A stretch of 64,000 nucleotides of DNA, taken from positions 682,001 to 746,000 of the forward strand of contig OY986950.1 of assembly GCA_963920595.1 (NCBI GenBank), in the 5' to 3' direction. Made by a program: the position numbers and the translations under genes. This DNA is from Eimeria praecox (Eukaryota). Below are positions 1 to 12,220 of the stretch, piece by piece; within the stretch, counting starts at the first letter, position 1, and every line of letters starts with the position of its first letter. Below the pieces are notes generated by a model. The model was not told where the DNA came from and did no database searches. It was given only the letters and a program-made list of their open reading frames with translations.

Positions 1-209
1 AAGGGTTTAGAGAAGGGTTTATGGGAGTATCGTGACCGGGATCCTGGTCGTCGCAAATTGAGCATAACTCCGTCAAGGGATTTGGAATGCAGCAGAGGCC
101 TGCATTTGCCATCATTGACCGTAGTTCCTGAGAACAAATAAGTGTGCAAGCAAACGCCCCTGTAGTACGGCTACTCAAGCTGAGCATACCGAGTATACAT
201 CATTGGAAA

Positions 210-3200
210 CTAGGCCATCAGAGCAATTACCTCAGTAGCCAAGCCCGTCTGCAGAGGAAAAGTAAATGAAAGCTGCTTCTCGACTGCCGGAAGCAGCACA
301 GTAGCGAAGATGTCGCAGAGGACAAAAAATTCTGCCTGGCATGTTCCGGAGCCTTCACGTCCGTCGTCCTTTCGAACTAAACTGCGCTCAGTTGCATTTA
401 TATCCTCTTCAAAGTTCTCGCGCCTCCCCGGCTTCACGGAAATCAGCTTGCGGATGCAGAAAGCCAGAAGACTTTCTATCAAACTGACAACGCCTGCTGC
501 TGTTGTCGATATGGGGCACTCTTGAAAGGCATTTGCTACCTCGAGTATGCTGTTGTATAGATTTGAGAGGGGGGCATGCCGCAAGAGGAAGACGCAGCCA
601 CGGTTGACAGAGAGGTCCGACTGGAACCAAGGCGATGTGCCTAGCAGGCTTAAATGAACAGTTGATGGCACGCAGTCGTACTCGTCGATGCTCTGTACGT
701 AGTCACGCCACGCAGCATTTAATTGAATATTATGGGCCTTGGTGATGGAGCAATGCTTGCAACCCCCCTAAGAGTTTCCTCTGATACGCTGGAATATTTT
801 ACCTCACCCTTGCGAAGGCCGCAGCAATGCCTTCAAGTCTTTGCTGATGCACTGCGATAACATAACGGTCGAACGTGAGGGCCACCACGGGGAAGAAGTA
901 GCACTGCACGCGGCGGAACGCGGACGCCGCATTGTGAACTTGTCTAAATATCGTGGCGAGATCCAATAATCCCACCCTGAATTTTGCGGGTCGCAAGTTC
1001 GCCTGTGTGGCGCCTGTCTCAACGACTGTAATATTAAGAGAGGGTTTTATTCCCTTGAAGGAATTATCGGCTGAGTCCATTATGCCACTGCGTCGCAGAA
1101 GCTCTTTTTCAACTAACTTTACAAACCAGTGGACCTGCTCTCCCAGCCAAGCCGACAATCGTCCATCCGTCGAGCCGAATATCGCCCTGTAAACACGCGG
1201 TCCATTCCTGTAAGGTAGCACCAGTGCATGCTTGTTAGCACGGAACAAGGGCGTCATACGCGCAACAGAAGCTTCTCTGGGGTAACGCTAGTGTTGCGAA
1301 TGGACGCTTACTGGGAACAAAGGCTCACCGGTAGTTAATAGCTGTCTGCAAAACATCTACTCGAAGCAGTTCTGCCGCCGCGCACAAACCACTGAAGGTA
1401 GAGCGCAGACACAAATAAGGCTTTAGATGTTCTGAATCGTCGCTATGCGCTACTATGGACTCTGCTGTGTTACTTACTATGGAAAGGACAAAAGAGGAAC
1501 AGTCGCATGGGGATGCCCCATGCCTGCAAGGCCGCTTACAGAGGTGCCACCTACTGAGCTGGGTCTGTTTCGCACGATCCTTCCGCGTTGCGCCGCTGAC
1601 GAGAAATCTCCCCATCCCGCCGCCGTAGATACTGCACCTTCAGTTGCTCCTCAGAACAGTTCAGGCGGCGAAGTGGGCTGTAGTAGCATGACAGGGAAAG
1701 GGCAGACCACAACAATCTCATGAAGCGAATGACTTGAGGATACTGTTACCGCAGTACTTTGTGGCGTAGTTTGTTGCTACCCCCTAAGGAAATAACAGAA
1801 AAGTAAGCGCACCCGATGAGTTTCACTGAAGAAGACAGCTGCGCATGCTGCCCCAATTGCCGCAGCATTGCCTTGACGCAGCTTTTGCGGGCTTCCTTCA
1901 TCTGACCGATACATAAGAAAGAAGGTGTATTCACAGCTGCACTCAAATGCATTCAGCCAATAACAAGCAAGGATCTGCAGCTAAGCCAACCCAGTTTTGC
2001 AACGTATTACCTGCATTTCCAGGAAGTCGAGCAGAGGCATGTCGCAGCAACCGCTGGCTCGTAGGGAGGCGATACGCTGTGCAGAAAACGATCATCAAAT
2101 GCAGTAAATGAGAATCAGCCGTTGTTCATGCAGGAAGCAGAGTCCAATGGAAACCCACTAAGGAGACTATCTAAACAGGGGACAGCAACCGCACTTCGTC
2201 TGCCAACATCATAGCGTCCACCGCTTCATCGTGTAGCCCTCCGTTGGAGCACTTTAACACTAGCGACGGCAATTCAAGCAGCTGAAGTCCACATCAAAAC
2301 ACGCAAGTATGTCGCAGAAGCATAGGGGTCACAAGCTGGCACATCAGTCATACCGATTACCGTACGGTTAGGTGCCACTTGCTACTACGGTGCCTTCGTT
2401 GGCCAAATGCCGTGAAAGGCGACCCACCCCTGATACCGACGACTGCATAGAGACGAGGATATGTAAAGACGCTTCGTGGCTTGACGCTGCATTACTCTCA
2501 GTCCGAAATTGCTGCCAGAACAGCGCATCAGGCAAAAACCAGTTGCTTCGGCAGAAACAGTGTACAAATTACCACTCAACAGACTCTATTACAGGGAACA
2601 CTCGCTTGAGCGCAGTTACCAAATCTCACCTTCAGACAACTGTGCAGCGGCTGAATGCACTGCTCCATTTCAGCTAGCGTCGCAGAAAGACTACTAATCT
2701 GAATTCGCACACCAGGGTTTAACAGTATCCATCCATCAGCCTCTAGTGTGAAAGCATAACAAAAACAACGTGGCTGCATTCGTGATATTGCTCACTGCTT
2801 ACACTGCTGCTGAGACTGTTGAGTGCCTTGGACGAAGCCAGAAACAGCGAGCAGTTCTGCACCGCCAGCTCATCTTGAACGCTCACAAGCTTCTCCGCTT
2901 GCGTATGCAGCAAAGCCTGCAACGGAGATGCGATGCACGCGATTCATGTGTGAACAGCTAGATCACATTCGCTGGCTATCTGCACCAGTCTCCTCCCATT
3001 TACCATCAGCGGGCCTGGCCAGAGCAGGATTATTAGCTGTAGTGTCAAGTTACCGGCTGCCTGCACAGGTCATCGCTGGACATTTGAAGAAACTCATCAA
3101 TCCCAAGGCTCTTAGCGGTGTCCAAGCCAGTCTTTTGCTGAGCATCAAGCTGTTCGGAGGAAGAGCTGAATTTTGTGGCTGCATCCCCCAGTTCCTGCTT

Positions 3201-3335
3201 GACGTGTGTTTGCGTAGATTCTCTCAGTTGCGTCGCACCAGCCTTTTCAAATCCCTGTGCACTATCCATTCGTGAGCAGGCTGCTACCTGCTCTCCCCCT
3301 AGGAGAAGCTGCCAGAATTGCTCTGATGGGGCCAT
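210..3335 (-). CDS. COG8: Conserved oligomeric Golgi complex subunit 8 (Dor1 family), multi-exon
   Basis: Manually spliced exons give MSSDDLCRQP|ALLHTQAEKLVSVQDELAVQNCSLF, LLELPSLVLKCSNGGLHDEA, MLRQLGQHAQLSSSVKLIG, VYRAIFG...LSAWLGEQVHWFVKLVEKEL and LLRHAPLSNLYNSILEVAN. These follow the order of the conserved Dor1/COG8 blocks (LEIPQLMDTC..EEA; QYRAIF; LL.FPPLA.F.N.IL). GT-AG introns; ATG at 3335, stop at 210. Confidence 0.8.
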
Positions 3336-4307
3336 TATTGCTCTGAAACGGACCACGCCCAGGCAGGAAGGGGTTCACTTGCGTTCCAAGGACAACTTCT
3401 TGGACGTTGACGAACACAAAAAATAAGAAGCCTTCCTTCCGTCGTAATTGCAACTTAGATGCTACGCGCTGGGCTAAGCTGGAGAGCCTTCGGTGGCCCT
3501 TCAGCACACGCACTGCCGCGCGAAAAGGCGATACTGCAAAACTCGGCGTTCGGTCTGGACGAAACCACTACTGCTCTTCCACGAAGAGAGTTGGGAGAAC
3601 CAGGATGTCTGCGCTTGCCTCATATCTGGTGTGTGGGATGGCAGTTCAGCATCCGCATCCGTCGTAGTTCCCCGAATTCACGAATAGTTTACTCTCTTCA
3701 ACTCCTGTCTGAAATACCAAAAGAGCAGAGAAAATTCTAAATCATTATGGAATATTTGCAAAAGTATGCAGAACTAGTCTGTGCTGCTAGGTGACGTTCG
3801 GTGTCTTCATCGTTCAGCTGGCTGGGTTGGGGCCCTTCATTTCAGGTCAGGGGCCTCAACTGCGCTAGGGCGGCAAAGGATCTCTACGATTTTCATATTA
3901 ATGAGTAGGAACTCAAAGATATTTTGTTTGTATAACTACTGAGGACATCAACTGCGACGGAAAATACCAGACACCTGATGCTTTCTGCTGGGACTTCGAA
4001 CCCAGGACAATCGCCGACAGATGGGAAGAATCCACGTTGGTCTTTAGCCTTACTGCCTCACAGGGCCCTGAGGGAAAGCCTGAAAAAGGTATGCATCATG
4101 TTATGAGCGTTTTAGGACGGCTACCGAGCGGTGAAGCCTTCAAGACGACGGACGGGAGGGGTACTGCATCTTCGGCTTTTTAGCATGCTGAAACTGCAGA
4201 GACCGGGCCAACTGTGCAAAGAGCCACAGGGAGCCAAACGCTGTGAATCACTTGAAATATTTTCTCCTTCGTGAACCGCGGTACCTTCTCGACTGGCCTC
4301 CGGAACC

Positions 4308-7300
4308 ATGGCGTCAATTAAGGGCATAAGCAAGCGGAGTGCGTGGAAAAAAAATGGGGGCAAATGTTTTAGCAGGACTTATACTCGGGTTTGTAGTGCA
4401 GCGTTTGCCTTTGAAGTCGTACAACAGGCTTGGGCATCTGTATCTGACGCTTGTGCGGTGAGAGTGGCTGTTTGCAGGACTGCTCGAGGGCATGGTCCGA
4501 CGGGTTGGCGGGCCAGGGAACTATATCGCCATGGTTGTGGACGAGAAGACCCTCAATGTTTTGTCTTCATGTTGCAGTGTATATGACGTCCTCTACGATG
4601 GAGTAACAAGTACGCTCAGGAGGCATCATTCCTTCTGTGATGCCAAGGTCGAATGCAGTAAAATGCCCAGCTCTGCCCTGCGTATTTTAACAATAAAGGT
4701 TGGGAGAAGTGATTGACTTGCTTCGGGTCTATGTGCTGCGCAGTTGTAGAGCTGATTTCGAAACAGCGGCAGCCACTGCCCGAGCTGAACGCGTTGTACT
4801 TCCTCTCACCCTCTGAAGATTCAGTCCAGGCGCTCATAAATGATTTCAAGGACGAAAAGAAGCCCCAGTACCGCTCAGCTTATGTGTACTTCAGTTCCCC
4901 GATTCGTACGTCATTTTCAGGGCCTCCATTTTAAATGCTCGTTCAAGTTTCAATTATGCCAGGCCCAACTGATGGTCTACCCCCAGTTGCCTCAGCACGC
5001 GGCGCTTCACTAGTATATGCAGATGCTAATAGTAACCCTGTACCAATTCCGAACACAAGATGGACTGCGACCAAGGAATCAGAATTCTAGGAGGAACTCG
5101 TGTTTGTTGGGCGTGAATAGAACTGTATTATCCACTTGGGGAGAGCTGTCGCCCTTGGCCTTAGCCTCTCTCCTTTCGACACCATTCAGATGCGCTGTTC
5201 AGAGGAAAATGTGTTGTGCCTCTGATGCTCCGGCAGCTGACTCGAGCAAGATCATGGCCACATTAGCGGACTCTCCCGCTTTACTTCCCAGAATAAGGTG
5301 CCTTGTTGAATTCAACTTAAGTTTCGTTGGTAAGCTCGCAAGACGAGCATGGCAGTTAATGAGATGTCTCCTTTTGCCCCCTGTCCGCCCTGTAGTAGTA
5401 CTTACGCTACTTTTGGGAGGACCACCGGCAGATCCTGGCTGTACGCCAGATTATGTACCCCACCGTCCCTAGGTTTGCATGCTGCGCCTGTGCTGCAGCA
5501 TACGAACAGCGGGTTTTCCACTTCGGGATGCCGAATGCGTTATTTGAGCTATTCCCTCTTCCTTCGCGGTATTTACTCCAGAAAGTAGCAGACGACGTAG
5601 GTTGGGAGTTTCTCGCTGTTCGCTTGTAGGGATGCTGTGGCATGGGTATATTATATTCAGCTGAGGCAAAGGCAAACTGTGTGTGAATGTTACGGATGCA
5701 TTGGCTCAGCTTGTCTCACTCTGCGTTACAATTGGGCAGAAGCCCGCAGTTCGCTACCACAGAAATCAATTACCTTGGTGCGAGCAACTGGCGACACTTG
5801 TTCACAAAGGCCTGGAGGCGGAGGAAATTTTGGTGCGCTCGTTCACTGTATTCCTCGAGAGATTCACTTACTCATGGGGTGTACTTCTGGAGCAGCCAGG
5901 CAGATATGCGGCAGTGTATGTGTTTGCGTGGTTGCCTTGCGCAGCCCTCTGACCACCCAGGTACCACACTCCTTATCTTGGATCGTTCGGTGGACTTGGC
6001 GCCTCTCTTTATTCACGAATACACCTACCAGGTGTGAGGTTTGCGCGCTGCCCAGAGCAAGTGAACTTATCCACTTTAGATTTGCAGCACCACTCTGCTA
6101 TTTCCTCCATTCTGGAGGAGACAATTTGCTTTATGCCTTTGAACAGGCTCTTGCATATGACGTTTTGGGCCTTCCGGTTTGCTGCCCTAAGCCGCCCAAG
6201 AAGGAGTCTCTCGATGCACCAGTAATCATGGAAGACGTCTATGAGTACGCAAGCAATGCATGCTTGATTATGGGCAGCTGCAGAGAATGGCTAGTTAATG
6301 TGCAAACTACCACGATAAATGCAACGCATCAAAATGAATACTTTTGGGAGTCTTGTTTTGCTGGCTTCCTCAGGTATGATGTGACAAATAATATGGGTTT
6401 AGTTGAAAGGAAGAAGGTGAGAGGTTGAGGTATTTGCGTTCTCTGAAAACGTTGCTGCACTCCAACCACTCACAGAAAAGCATGCAGCTGCTTATTGCCT
6501 CAATCTTCTCACTCTGAATTGTGTGCAGGCCATACTTGGCGAACAAGACGAAGTGTGGGTTCGATACCGCCATCAACACGTTCAGGAAGTAAATCAAAGT
6601 GTCCAGGAAGAAGTTCAGCTATTTCTGAAGGAAAATAGTACCGCCAAGGTGCAGCAAAATATGGTAAGGCGCGGTGCTGACTTCCTGCCCGTTTCCTGGA
6701 TCGTCCTGAGCCGAATCATCCAGCACAGGTCCTCGCCAGACGGAATTAAGTTTTTGGCCAGCCGCAGTTGTGCCATTTCAGGCAACGACCTCGGAAGATA
6801 CCCTGCGAGCGATTCGGTCCCTCCCGCAGTACCAAGAGGCGCTGTCACGGGTATGCCTGCGGTTAGAAGTACCCCTTTGGAAACCCGTGAGAGCTGAGTC
6901 CCATTGTTGCCATTTGCGGACTTGCTTTGCTTTGCGGTGAACCTTTAGTATTGGACCCACGTCACGCTCAGTGAGAAGTGCTTTGATAAACTTCAAGAAC
7001 TAAAGATCATGGCTGTTGGTGCCGTGGAACAGGTATTGCTCGAAATGTATCAGAACAAGCCCGTAGGAAATGAAAAAACTTTTGCACGAACACGATTCAA
7101 GCATCCAAGTATTTTCGCCATTTTCAAACAAAGCAAATGCTGAAAGTTCAGTGCTTTGTGGAGGACAGCATATAGTATGTGCTCATTTCTTCTACTCAGG
7201 ATCTCTGCTGTGGCGTCGACAAAGATGGAAAGGAGATCAGCGCATCCAAGTTGCAGGCAGCTGTTGGGTCGCTGGTTTCTGATGACTCTATCCAGTGGGA

Positions 7301-9028
7301 CTTCTTTCCATGCCGAACACTAGCAGTTGTAAAGCTCGAGCAGATGCTAAGTTCTTCAAAATGCTACAACAAATTGTTGTGTAGTTCGACTTCTCAGGCC
7401 TGATGAGAAGCTTCGTCTACTCCTGCTTGAGTTCACTCAGATCCTTGGTTTGGATGCTGCGGATCGGACTAAGGTTAGTTCATAGCGAAGTTATTACTTT
7501 GTACAGGCCGGTGCATGGGCTTGAGTAGATAGATTATCAGCTATGTGCCTATTTGTCTCTGTTTCCATGCAGGCTATGGAGACTGCACAGATGAGCCTAC
7601 TAAATCGACGTTGTATCCAAAGGTTCCTTGAACGTAGGTCGTTTCTGCCGCATCCCTGCCTCTGACCGTGTGGCAGTACGCATCTCAAGCAAGTCACAGC
7701 ACATGTGGGTGGGTTGTGGATACGATGCAGTTGAGCTTCACGCAGCTTCTTTGTCACGGGAACAAGCTTCGGTATGCTGCCAGCTTACGGGCAGACCCTA
7801 CTTCTTCCTTAGGCGAGCAGGGTGTTCGTTGCTGTACCAGTCGCAATGGAGACCTAACGTGATGCCTCATGGGTTTCTCCAAATTTTAGTCGAGGAAAAG
7901 CTAAGATCCCTTTAACGTCCCTTAGAAATGCTTTACTACTTTCCTAGTGCGGTGAGGTTTTGGTAACTTAATGCAGAAGTCCAAGCCTTCCCATATTTTC
8001 GAAGAAGACCGAGAGAAAATTAGACACTTCAAGCAGCGGGCGAAACGCGCTCGCTACGATCTGTCAAGGTTTGAGCCTGCAGTCCGCGAGATCATGGAAG
8101 TGGGCAACAGGCGGCAGAAGATAGACTGACTGTATTTGGAATTGGATGGCCTTTTTCGAGTGCACAATGGCTATTTCAACCTCTTTGGTGTGCTTTTAAA
8201 CTCAGAAAGCAATCGAGGGGACCCTGCATGGAGGTCGTTTCCCTTTTGTTGATGAGCCATCGTGAGCCTCCTGAAATGCAATACATATAGGAAGGTATTC
8301 GAGTAGCTTTTCCCCTTCATGCGTATTGCTTGCTTTGTGGTCTGTATACAGGAGAATGATGGGCAATCACGATACAGCGCAAACGAAGCGAGGAAGTGTG
8401 TCCGGCCAGTGCTCCCTGTGTTCGACATGGCTTCCACTATAGATTCGTAGCACCTCATTGCTTTTTTTCCTGTACTCTCTCACTCTAGACTATTTTACCT
8501 ACGTTTCCTTCCTGTTGGTGCAGCTGCAGTTATTGGACGTTCGACGGAGTGGACGTGGGACTCTGCTGTCCCTGAGGTTGTCCAAAAGGTAAATTACTAC
8601 ATAAAGCCAAGTTCCCTGTCGTTTACTGCGGATTGTATATCTTTACGCGCTTGCTTCTGCACGTTTGTGTTTTCTGATTGCCATATGCAGCCACAGAGTT
8701 CCCCGTCAATTCTAGACAAGTCAAAAAAGGGCCTAATAGTTTTCATTTTGGGCGGCATCGTGCAGTCCGAAATGAGATGCGCGTATGAAGTGTCAAAAGA
8801 GCTAAACTGCGAGGTTTTTATCGGTGAGTTTTGTCCCCTCCCCTCCCCTGCAGTTCCGTGCTCATGCTTGTAGTGTTTTATTCTAGCAGATTCGTGATTC
8901 TGTTTGTTTGATGCTACCTTTCGTGAATTATGCTGCTTTCTGCCTTCGCTGCCGTTGCAGGCGGCACGAATATTCTCACACCCAGCCAAGTTCTGAAACA
9001 GCTGAAGGAACAGGCGCCTGTAAATTGA
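4308..9028 (+). CDS. SEC1: Sec1/Munc18 (SM) family syntaxin-binding protein, Unc18/KEULE type, more than 15 exons
   Basis: MASIKGISKR|RLLEGMV..AMVVDEKTLNVLSSCCSVYDVLYDGVT, RQPLPELNALYFLSPSEDSVQALINDF, LLILDRSVDLAPLFIHEYTYQ, DEVWVRYRHQHV, YWTHVTL, DEKLRLLLL, YDLSRFEP and LIVFILGGIVQSEMRCAYEVS..GGTNILTP are Sec1/Munc18 motifs. TGA at 9026-9028. Confidence 0.93.
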
Positions 9029-10737
9029 TTCTTTATATTTCCTTGGCGTAGTTGGCCGCTTCGTCTGACATATTTTCTCCCAAATATTTCTTAAACACAA
9101 CTTTTTGTAGTTGCGCGTTTTGGCTGATAGCGTGAATACAGCAACGCTGAAGGCCGTAACGTACCCAACCAGTGCAACCAACGAAAGGTTTACTACTTTT
9201 AGTCCTCCCCAGTATTGACTGCACAGTGTTGCGAATGCAAATCGTGGGGGCAGCATGTATCTACGATACCCTCAGATGACAGTTGATCGGCGAGACAGCT
9301 TTGCCGATCGGCTGAAAGGTGCCGGAGAATATAAGTGCGTCCAGACGCAAAATGTAAATGCAGGGAGGCAACTGCGAGGCAGAGGGGCAAATGGCACGGA
9401 GCGTATGCCATTCGCAGGTTAAGGCGTGCAAGGCATAGATTTTTAGGTAGTAGTTGCCATATCCTCGCGTAGGTCAGCCGCACCCATGCGTATGCCATGG
9501 CGATTCCAACATGTGCAGCGTGTACCACATATTTATAATCCTTTTGGGTTCCATATTTCAGTAAACGACCTGAGAGACTAGGATGCCGCGCTCGTAGAAC
9601 AGAATATCTGAAATTGTGTTCTGGTCCCCATCTGGCGAACCCCACGGCCTTTACTTGAAGGTGAGGGATATCTCGACGCATTCCCTGAGCGCGACCAGTG
9701 AAAAGCAACGATGTTCTTCGATAGATGTGAGGGGCAGAAGCGGAGTTAACCATTTGAAATAATGATGTGTGCAGCATTATCTTTAAGCATTGTTGTCACT
9801 GGCACTGTGGACTCAGCGTATACGCATTTTGCTTATTACGAGTTCGCAGCACAGCAGTGCTTGTTGATCAGGATTGCAACCTAATGCTTACACACGCCTA
9901 AATCGTTGTCGCCTACGCTTGCTACAATGCAGTGATGGTCAAGCATAAGCATAATAAAGTGCTCAATCGCACAAGAAATTGTCTTACATTATTTGCTCGG
10001 ATTCTTTCTGCAGCATGTAAAGGTACACTGTCTTTTCGCATGGCTCAGCTACCTGCACCACAAAAGTCCTAAGGAAGCTGTCACTTTATTTTTAGTGTAT
10101 TGCTGAGCTAAACGCCCGTTTCTGATCTATTGGCAGCAGCTGTGAGTCGAACCTCTTGGAATGCTACGGGGACCTTCACACTTTCGCCAGGGGCCAGAGT
10201 CATTTCGGACTTCCTGTACGGACAAAACTTGTCATTTTAGGATATTTGCGCGGATGTGACCTATCGAACAGTGCCGCAAGTTTTATTACTGTGACAAGTA
10301 GAAAATTAGTTTGGTACGGAGTTAGCTTACTTGGGAGTCATAACGTTTTCATCTGAAGAAACAATAGTGATATTTAGACCCTCCTCCTTGGGATTTTGAT
10401 ATGAAAGTTTCTGCAAAAGCCATTGGCAGACATGTAACGATTAGAATATCAAATAAACGGTGCTATTCACGGTTCTAGGTCCTTAAGTCTAAGCAAGAGT
10501 TCTCAAGCAGTCTTGGTGCCAAAGGGCAGCAGGAAGCATGACTATTAGGCAGCACGCTGTTGCTTTTAGAGCAGCCGCACTTGGGTTTGCTTCGCTCCTA
10601 CGGGGAAGGTCAACTCGTAGTTCCTTGTAACTGCGCAGGCGGGATCTGAAGAGTATGCCGCAACAAAAGAATAGCGCTGTCTGTTGAGCAGAGGAAGCTG
10701 TCTTTGTTGAATTTTGTAGTTCATCGGGCTAATGATA

Positions 10738-12220
10738 CTAAATACGCATACGGTTAGAACAATTTGCAAGAGGGTTCCCTTTAGACTTATGCTTGTCCCC
10801 AGTTTCGTTCACGCCATCATTTGGTGAATCTTTCTTTTCTTTCTTCGATTTCTTCTTTGGCTTGTCTCCTTTACTGTCGTCTGCACCATCCTTGTTTTCC
10901 CCTGCAGCTTCATGTTCCTCTCCCTTATCCTTTTTCTTTTTCTTCTTGCCATCACCTGATGCATCGCCATGTCCTTCTGTTGTCTCCTCTGCCTCCTTTT
11001 TGTCGTCGCTCTTTTTCTTTTTTTTCTTGGTATCTGGAACGCCTGACGCTTCATCGTGCCCCTCAGGTGCCTCCCCTGTCTCCTTTTTGCCATCGCTCTT
11101 TTTCTTTTTTTTCTTAGCATCTGTAGTTGCTGAGTCTCCGTTTCCTTCGTGAGGCGACGCATCGTCTTCTGCGTCTCCTTTTTTCGCCTTCTTTCTCTTT
11201 TCTTCTGTGTTACCAGAATCAGCGCCGGTTCCTTCGAGCGTTTCGGGAGCTTCTTTCGCCTTGGCATTTTCTTTATTGTTGTCCTCCAGTTTCTCTAACG
11301 CAGCTTTGTTACTGTCGTGAGATCCGGAAGATTCTTTATCCTCATCCTTTGCCTTCTTCTTCTTCTTTGATTCTTCTTTGATACAGTTCGTGCTGTCTTC
11401 AGCGGAATGTCCCTCTGCCTCCACGCCTTCATCTGCAGCTTTCTTTTTCTTCTTCTTGGAGTCAGCCTTTGTCACTGCGCCTCCATCTTCATTCGTATGT
11501 TCTTCTTTTGCCTTAGACTTGCTCTTCTTTTTCTTTTTTTCACCCGTCTCACCCGAGTCACCATCAGCCGCGGCGTCAGTTTCAGCTGCGTGGTTATCAG
11601 TACTTTCCCCTGCTTCTTGACTGCCCTCCTCTTTATCTTTGCTGTGCTTTGACTTATGGTGCTTTTTTGCCTTATCGGCAGGCAGCGTTGACGATGGCTG
11701 CTCGCTCCCCTGGCTGTTTTCAGCTTTTAGACTTGCACCGCTCGGTTCCTCTGACTTAGAACCCTCCTCCTTATCCTTGTGCCTTTTCTTTGGCTTCCCT
11801 CCGGGAGTGCTAGTGTTGGCGGGATCTGAAACTGCGGTGGTGCTGCCGTTAGCTTTACCAGAGTCATTTTCAGTCTTCTTATCTTCATCGGCATGGCGCT
11901 TACCCTTCGTTTCCTTGTGCTTTTTTGTGGAAGGATCTTTATGGTGATCACCTGCGAACAATGCTATTCCTTGATGGCCTTGCATCAAGAGACTGAACAA
12001 ATATGCAGCTGCGGGAATACTCTCTTCTGAGTGTTGGAAACCTACCATCGTGCGTCCCACTTCCCTCAAGTACAGCATGGTTTGTCAACTCCGCCTCCCC
12101 GGATTCTGGAACTCCTTCGGCACTTTGCTGCTCTGAACTCAATTGGTTACTGGCCTCTGCTTTCGCTCTGTTCTCTTCGCTATTTTGCATACGCTTTGCA
12201 CTTCCACCAGCGCCCTGCAT
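10738..12220 (-). CDS. Hypothetical Lys/Glu/Asp-rich intrinsically disordered protein with poly-Lys runs, probably 2 exons
   Basis: 446-aa open frame with strong K/E/D bias. The upstream exon MQGAGG...GTHD can splice (donor GTAGGT near 12044, acceptor CAG near 11952) in frame into GDHHKDPSTKK. Start and 3' end uncertain. Confidence 0.7.

Noticed and set aside
3985..4060. tRNA T-arm/B-box-like hairpin on the minus strand (CTGGG-TTCGAAGT-CCCAG)
   Set aside because: The loop is 8 nt, and no acceptor stem, D-arm or anticodon arm could be folded; not called a tRNA.
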